From IMG/VR virus record IMGVR_UViG_3300025195_000002: 64,000 nt of DNA, one strand, 5' to 3'. Shown piece by piece: positions 1-9,936 of this stretch (within the stretch, counting starts at the first letter, position 1; each line of letters opens with the position of its first letter). The notes under the pieces are model-generated. The model ran no database searches and was not told where the DNA came from. It worked only from the letters and a program-made list of their open reading frames with translations. Source of the DNA: a virus. The translations under genes and the position numbers were made by a program.

Positions 1-1
1 T

Positions 2-595
2 GAATATATCCTACCGGGCATTAATGACAATGCATACAGCTATGGTACGCATAACAAAACAGCACCATTCTTTCATGCGTTGATGTTAAGTTACCTAAAC
101 ATTGCAAAACAGCTGAACCAACGTGTTAATATGTTCAAAGAACATTTAGTAGATGTTGACGATCTGTTAATTGATGTTAGCTTCGAAGCGGAGATGGGTT
201 GTCTTTCAGACATGCGTGATGAGATTCCGGTACTCGATGGTAACCAGGGTGATATTGAAAATAAAGCACCTGAATCAACTATTACCAACACACCAAATTC
301 CTCTCCAAAACCTTCTGGGGTTAACGAGACAGTTAAGAAACCAGCACCCGCAACTACTTCAAGTGGCGGGCGTGATTGGAATAGTGTAACAGGTAATCGA
401 AATCAACAGAGTGGTTATCAACCTGCTAATGTTGGTTGGGGTAGTGCATCGTTTGCACCACCGGCAACCGGACGACAGGCAGCAATGCAGAAACAGCAGC
501 AGATGCAATATCAAAACTCACCGTGGAACCAAGGACAACAAGGTAACAATGGTTGGTCCCAAGGTAATAATTGGGGTAGTGGGGGTGGCGTATAG
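2..595 (+). CDS. 5'-truncated core protein with a long disordered Q/N/G/W-rich C-tail; by synteny possibly the PicA/Imp1 (phiKZ gp69) nuclear-import protein
   Basis: Frame is open from base 2 (EYILPGINDNAYSYG...) into the 80..595 ORF. It lies upstream of a small reverse gene and the gp71-73/gp74/gp75-type block, matching phiKZ gene order. The identity rests on synteny only. Confidence 0.45.
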   Translation, partial: EYILPGINDNAYSYGTHNKTAPFFHALMLSYLNIAKQLNQRVNMFKEHLVDVDDLLIDVSFEAEMGCLSDMRDEIPVLDGNQGDIENKAPESTITNTPNSSPKPSGVNETVKKPAPATTSSGGRDWNSVTGNRNQQSGYQPANVGWGSASFAPPATGRQAAMQKQQQMQYQNSPWNQGQQGNNGWSQGNNWGSGGGV

Positions 596-609
596 TCATC
601 TAGATAAAA

Positions 610-654
610 CGGCATAGGTAGAGGGGTTAACCCCTCTACCTTCTTTTTTTGCCG
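610..654. terminator. Bidirectional hairpin terminator
   Basis: CGGCATA-GGTAGAGGGG-ttaa-CCCCTCTACC-TTCTTTTTTTGCCG between convergent genes. Confidence 0.85.
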
Positions 655-692
655 TCAGACTGTCGATTTTTACATAGTAAATAGATAATATG

Positions 693-1028
693 TTAAACCT
701 TGTTAGCAAGATGCATTGCTTTCAAACGTTCTATCTCTTCTACTGCTGGCATGATAACAGTGTTTTTATTAACGTAATCACTGGGATGTTCGTACCCATT
801 GACTCTTAATATAATCCAGTGATACTTAGTTTGAACATCAAGTTCTAATAGCAGCCCATAGAAATCAGATTCTTGGCGATAAACTCGATGTTCGTCTACC
901 ACAACAGTCTGTGTTTTTTCATGTTCTCTTAGATGAGTGAGATGGGTCTCTATCATAACACGAAAATCTGCGTCATAGTAAACATCTGCACCATTTTGAC
1001 GCTGTAGTTGGTGAATAGATAATGTCAT
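693..1028 (-). CDS. Small conserved phiKZ-like protein (gp70 position), possibly a LysM/tail-X-like fold
   Basis: ATG at 1028 has an AGGAG SD. The motif FYGLLLEL..YHWIILRVNG..PSDY resembles tail-X/LysM-like baseplate proteins. Confidence 0.6.
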   Translation of the reverse strand: MTLSIHQLQRQNGADVYYDADFRVMIETHLTHLREHEKTQTVVVDEHRVYRQESDFYGLLLELDVQTKYHWIILRVNGYEHPSDYVNKNTVIMPAVEEIERLKAMHLANKV

Positions 1029-1053
1029 TGAGTTTCTCCTAAACAACTTAACA

Positions 1054-1063
1054 CCTACATTAT
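1054..1063 (+). promoter_or_regulatory. Early-type promoter motif (CCTACATTAT)
   Basis: Variant of the phiKZ early TATATTAC consensus. The same motif recurs upstream of several genes in this window. Confidence 0.55.
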
Positions 1064-1107
1064 CATAGTGCAAGATAACATAAGCCCTTTACATAGGATT
1101 ATTAACG

Positions 1108-3165
1108 ATGTCTAATAATACAACAGAACTACATCCAGAGCTTATGGGCCTAGGTAATAACCTAGATCCTTTTGGGAAGAACAACTCAGCATCGCGTAGA
1201 AAGATGTTTGCTTCCCATCTAAGTCAGGCGTTGGTAATAGAAGGTTCGACACCTAAACGCATTCAGACCGGAGCGGAGCGAGAGCTTGGTAAATACACTA
1301 AAGCAATCGTAATGCCAGTAGACGCCTCTATCATCAAGGTGATAGAGCGGTATCCAAGACGTCCTGGTGCTGGTTCTATCCGTCACAATCCATCAACTGC
1401 CATCATCTACGAAAACGTAGATACTCAAGAAGTTGATATATTAATGATTGAGAATTTTTGTTCGGACCATAACACCTTTGGTTTTGAACTAAAGCCTACT
1501 TCAATGATGGAAAAGATCTATCCGGGCATGCAGGTTCCTGCTGGCACTATTCTGGCGAAAAGTAATTCACTCAAAGATGATGGTAATTATGCGTATGGGT
1601 TAGAAGCCAATGTTGCGTATATGACTATTCCAGAGACTATTGAAGATGGTTTTGTCATTAGCGAGTCTATGGCTGAGAAGCTTACCACCACCATGACAGG
1701 TAACCGAGTAATCAGTTGGGGTAAAGAGTATTATCCATTGAACCTATATGGCGATGAGAATACTTACAAACCGTTTCCGGATATTGGTGATAAGATACGT
1801 GACGATGGCCTACTTTGTGCACTTCGCAAATACGATCCCGCATTAGGGATGGTTGAAATGACGCCTAAGGCGTTGATGACACCTGACTACACATATGACA
1901 ATTTGACCTATGTTACACCTGCAGCAGGTGCAACGGTTTATGACGTTATTGTGGAACAGGACCATAACTTACCTTATAGTCCTACACCCGTTGGGATGAA
2001 TGAGCAACCTGACAAATACCTTCGATTAAGCAATCAGTTCTACGAATCTATTTATAATGAATATCGTCGAATTGCAAAGCAGCGTGGTAAAGGTCTTATC
2101 CTATCACCAGCCTTATCAAACATTGTTACTAGGGCTATCTCTAATAAACCCAACGCCGCTCCACACAAAGTTACCCAAAAGTATCGCTATACTCCCTTGG
2201 ATGATCGTCGTGTAGAGATTCGCTATTCTAAGAAAGTGAAGGCAACGAAGGGATTTAAAATTACCGATAGTTCAGGAGGTAAGGGTGTTGTTGTAAGCGT
2301 ACGTCCAGATACCAATATGCCTTTAGGACAAGATGGTCTTAGGGCTGATGTAATAATGGATCCCATCTCACCTGTTAAGCGTATTAACTTATCTCAACTA
2401 TACGAACAGTACATTAATGCAACTAGCCATATGGTGTCGTGTATAGTTACTGATCTAGTTAACAGAGGACAGAGTCAAGAAGCGTGGGAGTATGTTAGCA
2501 ACTACTACAGAGTCGTTTCACCACCTATGGCTGAAGTCGTTGAAGAAGTAGTCAATAACGAAAAGCGTATCGCTCACCATCTTGAGAACATTGTTAGCGA
2601 TGGTATCTATCTATACATTCCCACAGACAGTCCTTATATTGGGCCTGACTTAATTAAGGAGTTGAGTGAGAAATTCCCAGTAAACATACAACCGGTCACC
2701 TACACACCAGAGAATGGTGTCCCAGTTACTACAGTAGATCCTGTATTGATTGGTTCAAAGTACATGATGTTGTTAGAAGCTGCACCACATAACTGGTCGT
2801 CAGTTTCAACCGCTAAACTACAACACCATGGTCTTCCAGCTAAAGCCTCTAAGACTGATCGTTATAGCTCACCTAACAGTGAATTGCCGGTTAGGATTAT
2901 GGGTGAGGATGAGGTACGATTGATGATAGCGGCAGTAGGTGCTGAAGTTACAGCGGAGATACTAGATACCTCAGCATCACCGCTATCGCAGAAGGAGACT
3001 ATCAGAAGCATCATGAACACTGATAAACCTAGCCACATTGAACGTGGGGTTAACCGCCGTAAATTCCCATTAGGTCATGCTAGGCCTTTGGAGTATGTTA
3101 ACCATCTATTGAACTGTGCGGGTGTTAGATTAACAAAAGGAACGTATGATCATGACAAAGTTTAA
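1108..3165 (+). CDS. Non-virion RNA polymerase beta subunit, C-terminal part (phiKZ gp71-73 type)
   Basis: Beta motifs: RRKMFASHLSQ, YGLEANVAYM..EDGFVISES, GFKITDSSGGKGVV (GDK..GRHGNKG equivalent), DVIMDP, VRIMGEDEVR. Confidence 0.92.
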   Translation: MSNNTTELHPELMGLGNNLDPFGKNNSASRRKMFASHLSQALVIEGSTPKRIQTGAERELGKYTKAIVMPVDASIIKVIERYPRRPGAGSIRHNPSTAIIYENVDTQEVDILMIENFCSDHNTFGFELKPTSMMEKIYPGMQVPAGTILAKSNSLKDDGNYAYGLEANVAYMTIPETIEDGFVISESMAEKLTTTMTGNRVISWGKEYYPLNLYGDENTYKPFPDIGDKIRDDGLLCALRKYDPALGMVEMTPKALMTPDYTYDNLTYVTPAAGATVYDVIVEQDHNLPYSPTPVGMNEQPDKYLRLSNQFYESIYNEYRRIAKQRGKGLILSPALSNIVTRAISNKPNAAPHKVTQKYRYTPLDDRRVEIRYSKKVKATKGFKITDSSGGKGVVVSVRPDTNMPLGQDGLRADVIMDPISPVKRINLSQLYEQYINATSHMVSCIVTDLVNRGQSQEAWEYVSNYYRVVSPPMAEVVEEVVNNEKRIAHHLENIVSDGIYLYIPTDSPYIGPDLIKELSEKFPVNIQPVTYTPENGVPVTTVDPVLIGSKYMMLLEAAPHNWSSVSTAKLQHHGLPAKASKTDRYSSPNSELPVRIMGEDEVRLMIAAVGAEVTAEILDTSASPLSQKETIRSIMNTDKPSHIERGVNRRKFPLGHARPLEYVNHLLNCAGVRLTKGTYDHDKV

Positions 3166-5128
3166 TGTCAGAGAGTTACAAAAGTTAACCAGCGATGAAA
3201 TATGGGCGATGGATGATAAAGTATTCACCATCGTCTTTGATGATGGTGAGCTAGTAACATCGACACGCCCAACTATACTGAGTCATTACTACTGGGAGAT
3301 GCAGCGGCATTTCCCAAACGCCACTATCTTAAAGCGTCATCATGTAGGTAATGGTCATTTTACACCTAAGTTACATGAAGATATTTTAAGTTACGTACTG
3401 TTTGACACGTTTGCGTCATTAAACGAAGCAGTAGACATCATGTTGTTATCCCGAATCGCATATGAGATAACAAACAAGTTGTATAATGACACTACTGAGA
3501 AGTTAGCTGGATTTGTTTCAACGGTAAGTATTTTGGACTACATCGAAATACACAACCACCCTACTATTAAGAAGGTAAGGGACGAGTTCCAGCCTAATGA
3601 ACGGGCTATCGAACGTGGCTATGGTCATGTAAAAGATCTACTCTATAACCGTGCTGATGAGTTGGTTAATAACAACGTAACTGCCTTTTGTCGGTCTAAC
3701 GTGTTGAGTGTAGGTCAGATAGTTCAGTCAGTTGCGGCACGTGGATTCGTTACGGATATTGATAGTCGTATACCACCTAACCCTATAGCGACAAGTTATA
3801 CAGAAGGGATGAACACCTTACATGATTCGTTAATTGAATCGCGTTCAGGTGCCAAAGCTTCACTTGCACAGAAAGATCCGTTACAGGCAACACAGTATTA
3901 CAACCGGCGGATGCAGCTTGGGTGTTCTATTATAGAAAACTTACATAGGGCAGACTGTGGGACTAAGCGCACTGTACGGTTCCGTGTTCTACCTCAGTCG
4001 TTGAAGGCGTTGGCGGGGAAATACTACCATAGCGGTGACGGTGTACTCAAAGCGATAAAGGGTAATGAAAAGCAGTTAATAGGTCAAACCATCAACATAC
4101 GTTCATCGTTAACCTGCGAACACCCAGACCCTTACGGTGTCTGTAGTATCTGTATGGGTGAGATAGCAACATCGGTACCACCTGGTGCTAACCTGGGACA
4201 CGTGGCGGCTGTAGAACTCTGCGCCGTTATCTCACAAAGTGTACTATCTATTAAACACTTAGAGGTAAGTTCAGTTGCTATTGAGATCACGTTAGACGAT
4301 CATCACCGACAGTACCTTAAACTTGGTACAAAGGGTGATACGGTTTATATCAAGAAACAACCTCGTTATGAGAAAATGGAATTGGTATTAAACTACAATG
4401 ACGTTAAACACATCGGTGACATTAACACTATCGAGGATGTGAGTGATCTATCAGCAGGTAGAATTTCTGCGTGTAAAGATATTGTCTTAAACGGATACCG
4501 TGGTGAGGAGTTTGAAGATGTCTTGTTGACTGTATCGTCAGGTAAGAACTATTCGTCTCTATCAGGCGAGATGTTGGAGTACTTGAAAGAGTATGGGTGG
4601 GAACTTAATGAGAAAGGGTTCTATGTTTGCGATTTAAGTAATTGGGACTTTGACCAACCTGCCTTTACCCTACCGATGCGCCACATGAACATGCTTGAAT
4701 ATATGGATACCATCAAGACGTTCATTGAATCATCAAGTAGCCAGGAAGATAAAGGTGCAAGTATGTCGTCACGGACAACAAAGAAACCCACAGATGACAA
4801 ACGTAACCGCATTGTCAATTGTGATTCGTTGTCTCAAGGTCTGACTGATCTACATGTACTGGTATCAGAAAAGCTCAGTGTAAATATAGCACACCTTGAA
4901 ATTATCATGCTGTCTATTTTGGCACGTAACCCTGATCTTATGGACCATCGCTTACCAAGACCTCAGGACCAAAAGGTCTATGGGACCTATAAGCAAAATA
5001 TGGAACTTAGATCGCTGACGGGTCAGGCTGCTTGGATGAACCAGGCATTGATGTTAACCTCGGCAACGTCATTTGCTGTGACTAACCGACCAAGACATCC
5101 AATGGATATCGTGTTTATTGGAAAGTAA
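3146..5128 (+). CDS. Non-virion RNA polymerase beta' subunit, C-terminal part (phiKZ gp74 type)
   Basis: Bridge helix ESRSGAKASL..TQYYNRRMQL, DCGT, RSSLTC..GVCSICMG zinc site, and trigger-loop-like SQSVLSIKH. Confidence 0.92.
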   Translation: MIMTKFNVRELQKLTSDEIWAMDDKVFTIVFDDGELVTSTRPTILSHYYWEMQRHFPNATILKRHHVGNGHFTPKLHEDILSYVLFDTFASLNEAVDIMLLSRIAYEITNKLYNDTTEKLAGFVSTVSILDYIEIHNHPTIKKVRDEFQPNERAIERGYGHVKDLLYNRADELVNNNVTAFCRSNVLSVGQIVQSVAARGFVTDIDSRIPPNPIATSYTEGMNTLHDSLIESRSGAKASLAQKDPLQATQYYNRRMQLGCSIIENLHRADCGTKRTVRFRVLPQSLKALAGKYYHSGDGVLKAIKGNEKQLIGQTINIRSSLTCEHPDPYGVCSICMGEIATSVPPGANLGHVAAVELCAVISQSVLSIKHLEVSSVAIEITLDDHHRQYLKLGTKGDTVYIKKQPRYEKMELVLNYNDVKHIGDINTIEDVSDLSAGRISACKDIVLNGYRGEEFEDVLLTVSSGKNYSSLSGEMLEYLKEYGWELNEKGFYVCDLSNWDFDQPAFTLPMRHMNMLEYMDTIKTFIESSSSQEDKGASMSSRTTKKPTDDKRNRIVNCDSLSQGLTDLHVLVSEKLSVNIAHLEIIMLSILARNPDLMDHRLPRPQDQKVYGTYKQNMELRSLTGQAAWMNQALMLTSATSFAVTNRPRHPMDIVFIGK

Positions 5129-5145
5129 AAAAAAAGGAGGGCATC

Positions 5146-6678
5146 GTGCCGACTCAGTATTATGCACATGTAGATGTGAAATCCCACCATGTGCGTTTCC
5201 ACACCATGATGCCTGAATGTAAGCGGGTTCTTTACGAGTTTTGTAAGAATCTAATAGACTACGATCAAGGGTACGATCCACGTACCCATAGCTATTATAA
5301 GATCCCTAAACGGGTCTTTGCAGCGTCACCACATGACCGTAGGGAACTTCGCTTTCACATCAACCACTTTAAAGAGATCCTTCAACACCTTAACGTCTTA
5401 GGGATTAAAACTGAAAATCTTAACATCCAACACTTTACACCAGTGGAAGGTAAAGATGTTGATAGTTTTGATATTCATATAACCCCTAGAGACTATCAAG
5501 AACCTGTGGTTGATCATTTCTGTAAGCCAGGATCTAGTAAGATCACTAATGCTCAAACTGGTTCAGGTAAAACTGCATGTTCTTTGTTTGCTGCTGCGTT
5601 TATGAATAAACGTACGGTATTAGTAGTTCCTGCTAAATATATTACGGAAGGTAAGTGGATAGGAGACGTTACTAATGTATTAAATGTACCTAGGGATAGA
5701 CTTTGTGTGGTGAAAGGATCTAAGGCCATGCGCAACATCATTGATCTAGGTCTGGCAGATGAGATCAATTATGATTTTATTATTATCTCTGCCACGACCA
5801 TGTATAACTTTTATAAGGCCTATGAAGAAGGTCGTATGGAAGAAGAAGGGTATAACTGCAACCCTGACGAATTATACACGGTCATTAATGCCGGTTTACG
5901 GATTATTGATGAAGTACATGAGAACTTTCATCTTAACTACATGCAGGATCTTTACGGTCATGTAGCTAAAACCATATATATGTCTGCTACGTTAGTATCA
6001 GATGATCGCTTTATTAATAGTATGTTAGAGATAGCCTATCCAGTTGGGGAGCGTATATCGCCAGAGTATGATGGTAAGTATATTGCCTGTACGGCTCTTA
6101 CATACCGTTGTGACCGTATAGACCTACTTCCACATAAGCGACGTAAGATGTACTCTCAGATGCTCTTTGAAGCTTCTATACTAAAGAAAAAGTTTAGAGC
6201 CGAAGCGTATGGGGCAATGATCTACGATATTGTTATTAATGAGTATGTAACAATACGTGAACCTGGTCAGAAAATGATGGTATTTGCTGATACCATTGAG
6301 ATGTGTACTTTTCTTTCTGATTATATTAAAACCAGATTGACAGACTTAGTGGTAAACCGATTCGTCGGTGAAGATCCGGATGAGTATTTGTATGAATCCG
6401 ATGTCGTGATCACTACTCCTAAATCAGCAGGAACGGCGGTAGACATTAAAGGACTGAAAGTTACGTTGTTGACCTCAGCGATTGGTTCTCGACAACTTAA
6501 CGCTCAGATACTTGGTAGACTTCGTAAGCTTAGAGGCTTTAAAGACAATACGCCTCGTTTCTATTATTTAGTATGTGAAGACATCGACTCCCACGTTAAA
6601 TACCACGAGCGTAAGTTAGCAACATTTGCTGATAAAGTTAAAACGCATAAGACCCTACAAACACAATATACTATTTAA
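5146..6678 (+). CDS. SF2 DExH helicase (phiKZ gp75 type)
   Basis: AQTGSGKT Walker A, IIDEVH, MSAT, QILGRLR. GTG start with an AAGGAGG SD. Confidence 0.9.
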   Translation: MPTQYYAHVDVKSHHVRFHTMMPECKRVLYEFCKNLIDYDQGYDPRTHSYYKIPKRVFAASPHDRRELRFHINHFKEILQHLNVLGIKTENLNIQHFTPVEGKDVDSFDIHITPRDYQEPVVDHFCKPGSSKITNAQTGSGKTACSLFAAAFMNKRTVLVVPAKYITEGKWIGDVTNVLNVPRDRLCVVKGSKAMRNIIDLGLADEINYDFIIISATTMYNFYKAYEEGRMEEEGYNCNPDELYTVINAGLRIIDEVHENFHLNYMQDLYGHVAKTIYMSATLVSDDRFINSMLEIAYPVGERISPEYDGKYIACTALTYRCDRIDLLPHKRRKMYSQMLFEASILKKKFRAEAYGAMIYDIVINEYVTIREPGQKMMVFADTIEMCTFLSDYIKTRLTDLVVNRFVGEDPDEYLYESDVVITTPKSAGTAVDIKGLKVTLLTSAIGSRQLNAQILGRLRKLRGFKDNTPRFYYLVCEDIDSHVKYHERKLATFADKVKTHKTLQTQYTI

Positions 6679-6689
6679 GGACAACCATC

Positions 6690-6788
6690 ATGCCAACAGT
6701 TGCATCTGATAGAGCCCAGCGTAAAGGTAAACGTTTAGACCCTAAAGTTATTGCCTTAATCAACCGTCGATTGAAAAAGCGTAATTAA
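6690..6788 (+). CDS. 32-aa basic micro-protein (MPTVASDRAQRKGKRLDPKVIALINRRLKKRN)
   Basis: AAGGA SD, ATG at 6690, TAA at 6786-6788, followed by a hairpin. Too short for the ORF track. Confidence 0.6.
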   Translation: MPTVASDRAQRKGKRLDPKVIALINRRLKKRN

Positions 6789-6803
6789 AAAACTAGCAAC
6801 ATC

Positions 6804-6833
6804 AGGTCTGCCCTATAAGGGCAGACCTATGCC
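6804..6833 (+). terminator. Hairpin + TATGCC element
   Basis: AGGTCTGCCCT-ata-AGGGCAGACCT followed by ATGCC. Confidence 0.7.
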
Positions 6834-6847
6834 CTTAAGGAATATTT

Positions 6848-7666
6848 ATGCTATATCAGCTAATTAATGGTGAGATGATAGGGGTGGTGGATAAAGACTT
6901 CCCTGGAGAAGATGTCTGTATAAACTCTATGACCATTAAGCATTATTTTGTTGAGACAGGTCAGATCGGTGAATTATTCACTATGCCGTACAGGGCTGGA
7001 CTTTATATGCATGTGTTTGAAGGAAGTAAGGTTATACTTAGTGAAGTCAAACACGATAACCTTCCGCCCAATATCTATAGTGCTATTACGATAGGTGAGT
7101 ATACTACTGTATTGTATATAAAAAATAATACTATACGTTATAGAAAACTAGTACTGTCTATATTTGAAAATGTCTGTGAGGTAATAGAGGATAACTATGT
7201 CTCTAAAGATTGTGCACCCTATAGACCTATTATGGAGGACTTAAATGTTATCAGGACAGCAAGATTTAACGAAGATAAAAACACTGTCACGACGTTATTC
7301 AATTATTTAGATTCTAATCGACCCGTTAAAGATTTAACGTCCATTAAACCTTATGGTTATATGTCTGTATGTAAGGTTACAGACCACGGCATTTATTACT
7401 TAGATGCTTTTAAAAAGCTAACGCTATATAAACACACTGTTGTTGTCAGCACAGATAAAGATAAAGGCGTGAGTGTTGATTTGGTTCGTGAACGTGTATG
7501 GCATAGTAACTATTCGATAGAAGATAACATGTTATCGATTGCTATACATGATGGTGGAGCGCTAATAACCTATAGGGTATTAGATAGTCAAGGTAATTTA
7601 ATTAAAAATAAAACACGTGTAGTCTATGTGAAAGGAAAAGACGTGATTGCACGAGAAACCGTTTAA
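6848..7666 (+). CDS. Hypothetical protein
   Basis: 272-aa ORF with an AAGGA SD; no motif recognised. Confidence 0.75.
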   Translation: MLYQLINGEMIGVVDKDFPGEDVCINSMTIKHYFVETGQIGELFTMPYRAGLYMHVFEGSKVILSEVKHDNLPPNIYSAITIGEYTTVLYIKNNTIRYRKLVLSIFENVCEVIEDNYVSKDCAPYRPIMEDLNVIRTARFNEDKNTVTTLFNYLDSNRPVKDLTSIKPYGYMSVCKVTDHGIYYLDAFKKLTLYKHTVVVSTDKDKGVSVDLVRERVWHSNYSIEDNMLSIAIHDGGALITYRVLDSQGNLIKNKTRVVYVKGKDVIARETV

Positions 7667-7678
7667 TGTGAGGTAGTT

Positions 7679-7990
7679 GTGATCGTTTATACCAAGGAAC
7701 AAGCTCAGGCAGAGCTTCCACCTATTAGTGATAAATCACTTTTAGATTCTGTTAATGTAGCATTATCGCTATATCTAAACAGCCATTGGTCTTTAAAAAA
7801 TAGTATTGATGCGGCGTATATTCAACACAAGCCACAATCTAAACGCTCTATTGAAAGATTAATGCGGGATGTGATTCCTGAGGAAGTATTTGTCTCTAGG
7901 TCTAATATAGGCTGGACGGCCCATAGGTCAAAATCTATATTAGAAGGCATGGCTGCTAAACGAGCTGCTAAACAAAAATGTACTATTTAA
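7679..7990 (+). CDS. Hypothetical protein
   Basis: GTG start with a GAGGT SD; 103 aa. Confidence 0.75.
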   Translation: MIVYTKEQAQAELPPISDKSLLDSVNVALSLYLNSHWSLKNSIDAAYIQHKPQSKRSIERLMRDVIPEEVFVSRSNIGWTAHRSKSILEGMAAKRAAKQKCTI

Positions 7991-8040
7991 CGCATAAAAG
8001 GAGAGGGCTAGACCCTCTCCTTATGTCTTTTCTTTTTTAT
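7991..8040. terminator. Bidirectional hairpin terminator
   Basis: CGCATA-AAGGAGAGGG-ctaga-CCCTCTCCTT-ATGTCTTTTCTTTTTT at a convergent junction. Confidence 0.85.
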
Positions 8041-8046
8041 CTCGAA

Positions 8047-8457
8047 TCAACCAAACAGCTTACCTAATAGCATCTTTAATGCAACCATTAGGATGTTATT
8101 TCTGTAGTAACCCTTTAAGATGTGCTCTACATCATCTTTTTCGATCCATTGACGACTCCAGTTATCAATGAACATATCCTGATATTCTAAGATGAGATGA
8201 CCTTGAAGATCCTTCCCCGCAAGACAATACCAAAATCGTGCCTTAAATACCAAAATCCCTGTCCAGAACTTCCAAAGACTTTCATCACACACATACCACC
8301 ATACAGTAGTAGCGTAATCATCGCAGTCACCATGGAACTTTCCATTCTTGTCTTCTTTCATAATGCGCCAGCTATCGACTTTCTTATCTGACTTATAGAC
8401 AAAACGATGTTGTAAATTCTCTATCTTGCGGCGTGCCTCAGCGCTTATTGTAGGCAT
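8047..8457 (-). CDS. Transglutaminase-like cysteine peptidase (BTLCP-like)
   Basis: GDCDDYA catalytic-Cys motif followed by GHLIL (His) and IDN (Asp). Confidence 0.7.
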   Translation of the reverse strand: MPTISAEARRKIENLQHRFVYKSDKKVDSWRIMKEDKNGKFHGDCDDYATTVWWYVCDESLWKFWTGILVFKARFWYCLAGKDLQGHLILEYQDMFIDNWSRQWIEKDDVEHILKGYYRNNILMVALKMLLGKLFG

Positions 8458-8482
8458 GTTTGTTTCCTCACATTTAGGTTAT

Positions 8483-9598
8483 TTATTTAACCTTAGTAGA
8501 TTTCTCAACGATATCTAACATATTGCTAGCTATTCGATTATAGAGATTCATCATATTAAGTGATGGCTGCTGGGCGTTGGTCAATATAAATTGCAGATAG
8601 TTACCAACTTTCTTCTTATCTTTAAAATTATCAAACACGCTGCTCAATACAAGATCTAACAAGGTCTTATCGCTAAATGCCATCAAGGGAGCCATGCCCT
8701 TGCTGCTTAATTTATTGATTTGTTCTTGAAACTCTTTAAGTTTAATCTGACTGTCAACAATGCTATCAATGATTTCCATGCATGTCTTTTTATCTAAAGA
8801 TTGCATTTCTACCACCTTTGAGGCGGGCTGATCATTGGCAATGCCCATTTTAAAGACACCGACATCAACACCCATAACACTATAATTGTTATCATTGTAG
8901 TAGATAGAGCGGCTATTACTTAACAGAGGAGTGGCGTCACGATAACCGTTCATGGTGAACTCATACTTGTCCGTCATTAGCTTATGCAGAGGGCTGTTCA
9001 TCAGCAATGATGCCGACTTACCAAACTCATCAAAGAAAGGTTTAAGTTCTTTTGTTCTCAAGCCACCAATAGCCGTTTGTACAGCCGCACCACCAAGTAA
9101 TACCAACTTGTCTAGAAGTTCACCAAAATCGATCTTATCGACTATGTAAAATCCTGCATCGACAGCAACCGAGGTATGTTTCATACAGGTATCCAAAACT
9201 TCGTTGACGTGTTTCCATTGCACAAGAAGGTCGCTAGAAGACATCTCTCCTGGAAGGAGGAACTTCATTTGAGTTTTAACAGCTATGGTACCGGAGGTAT
9301 CCAGATTCTTTACTTTGTCTTTTAATTTATTGGCCCTCGCTATCTGACCGTTAAGGTTCTTAGACGTGGATTTAAAAGCGGTACTTGTCTGATCTTTTAT
9401 ATTCTTAAGGCCCTCGATGAATCCTTCTTGCGACACGCTATCGTAGTCAATGGATTCTAACGCCAACTATGCTTCTAACATTCCATCAATGACTTCATTG
9501 ATATCATCAGTATTTACCGCTTCGTTTTCATTTTCTAACGAAGCACCTAAGTTGCTGTTAGCATTGTGTTGTTTTATTGCTATGGCTATGTGTTTCAT
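8483..9598 (-). CDS. Internal head (ejection) protein paralog, phiKZ gp93/gp162-like, interrupted by an in-frame TAG at 9467-9469
   Basis: ATG at 9598 with an AGGA SD gives MKHIAIAIK..GASLENENE..GMLEA*LALESIDYDSVSQEGFIEGLKN, in frame with the 327-aa ORF. It carries S/A-x-E processing motifs. Confidence 0.65.
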
Positions 9599-9612
9599 TA
9601 CTTAGTTCCTAT

Positions 9613-9921
9613 TTAATTTAAAGTTAATTTTAATTCAACATAAATACCAGGTTTATGGCTTGGTATTTGTCGTATCCAACACAAATCTTTAGCACCCAAT
9701 ACAGTGGCGATTGTGAGTGAGTTTTCATTAAGCAATTCAGATATTAAACTACTTATATAGAATTGATCCCTCACAACGATCCAACGATTGACTTGAAGAG
9801 TAACAATCTCAGTAAGCGTACCAATAGCATTTGTTCTAAAATCTAGGCGTTCTAAAACTTGCTTGTGTTTGCGCTCCGTAGCCTTAGCACCACAGAGCTC
9901 GTAGTGTAACTCAATCTTCAT
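9613..9921 (-). CDS. Hypothetical protein
   Basis: 102-aa ORF co-oriented and tightly packed with its neighbours. Confidence 0.7.
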   Translation of the reverse strand: MKIELHYELCGAKATERKHKQVLERLDFRTNAIGTLTEIVTLQVNRWIVVRDQFYISSLISELLNENSLTIATVLGAKDLCWIRQIPSHKPGIYVELKLTLN

Positions 9922-9936
9922 TTCTCTATAATTCCG

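Noticed and set aside
1108-5128. Intron or homing endonuclease in the nvRNAP genes, as in phiKZ gp71-73
   Set aside because: Both ORFs are continuous with all expected motifs in frame; no HNH/LAGLIDADG ORF or intein termini seen.
9467-9469. Genome-wide TAG recoding (alternative genetic code)
   Set aside because: TAG ends many genes cleanly (for example 595, 14774, 16929, 31707, 32275, 41730, 44329, 50450, 55454), and the long genes are intact under code 11.
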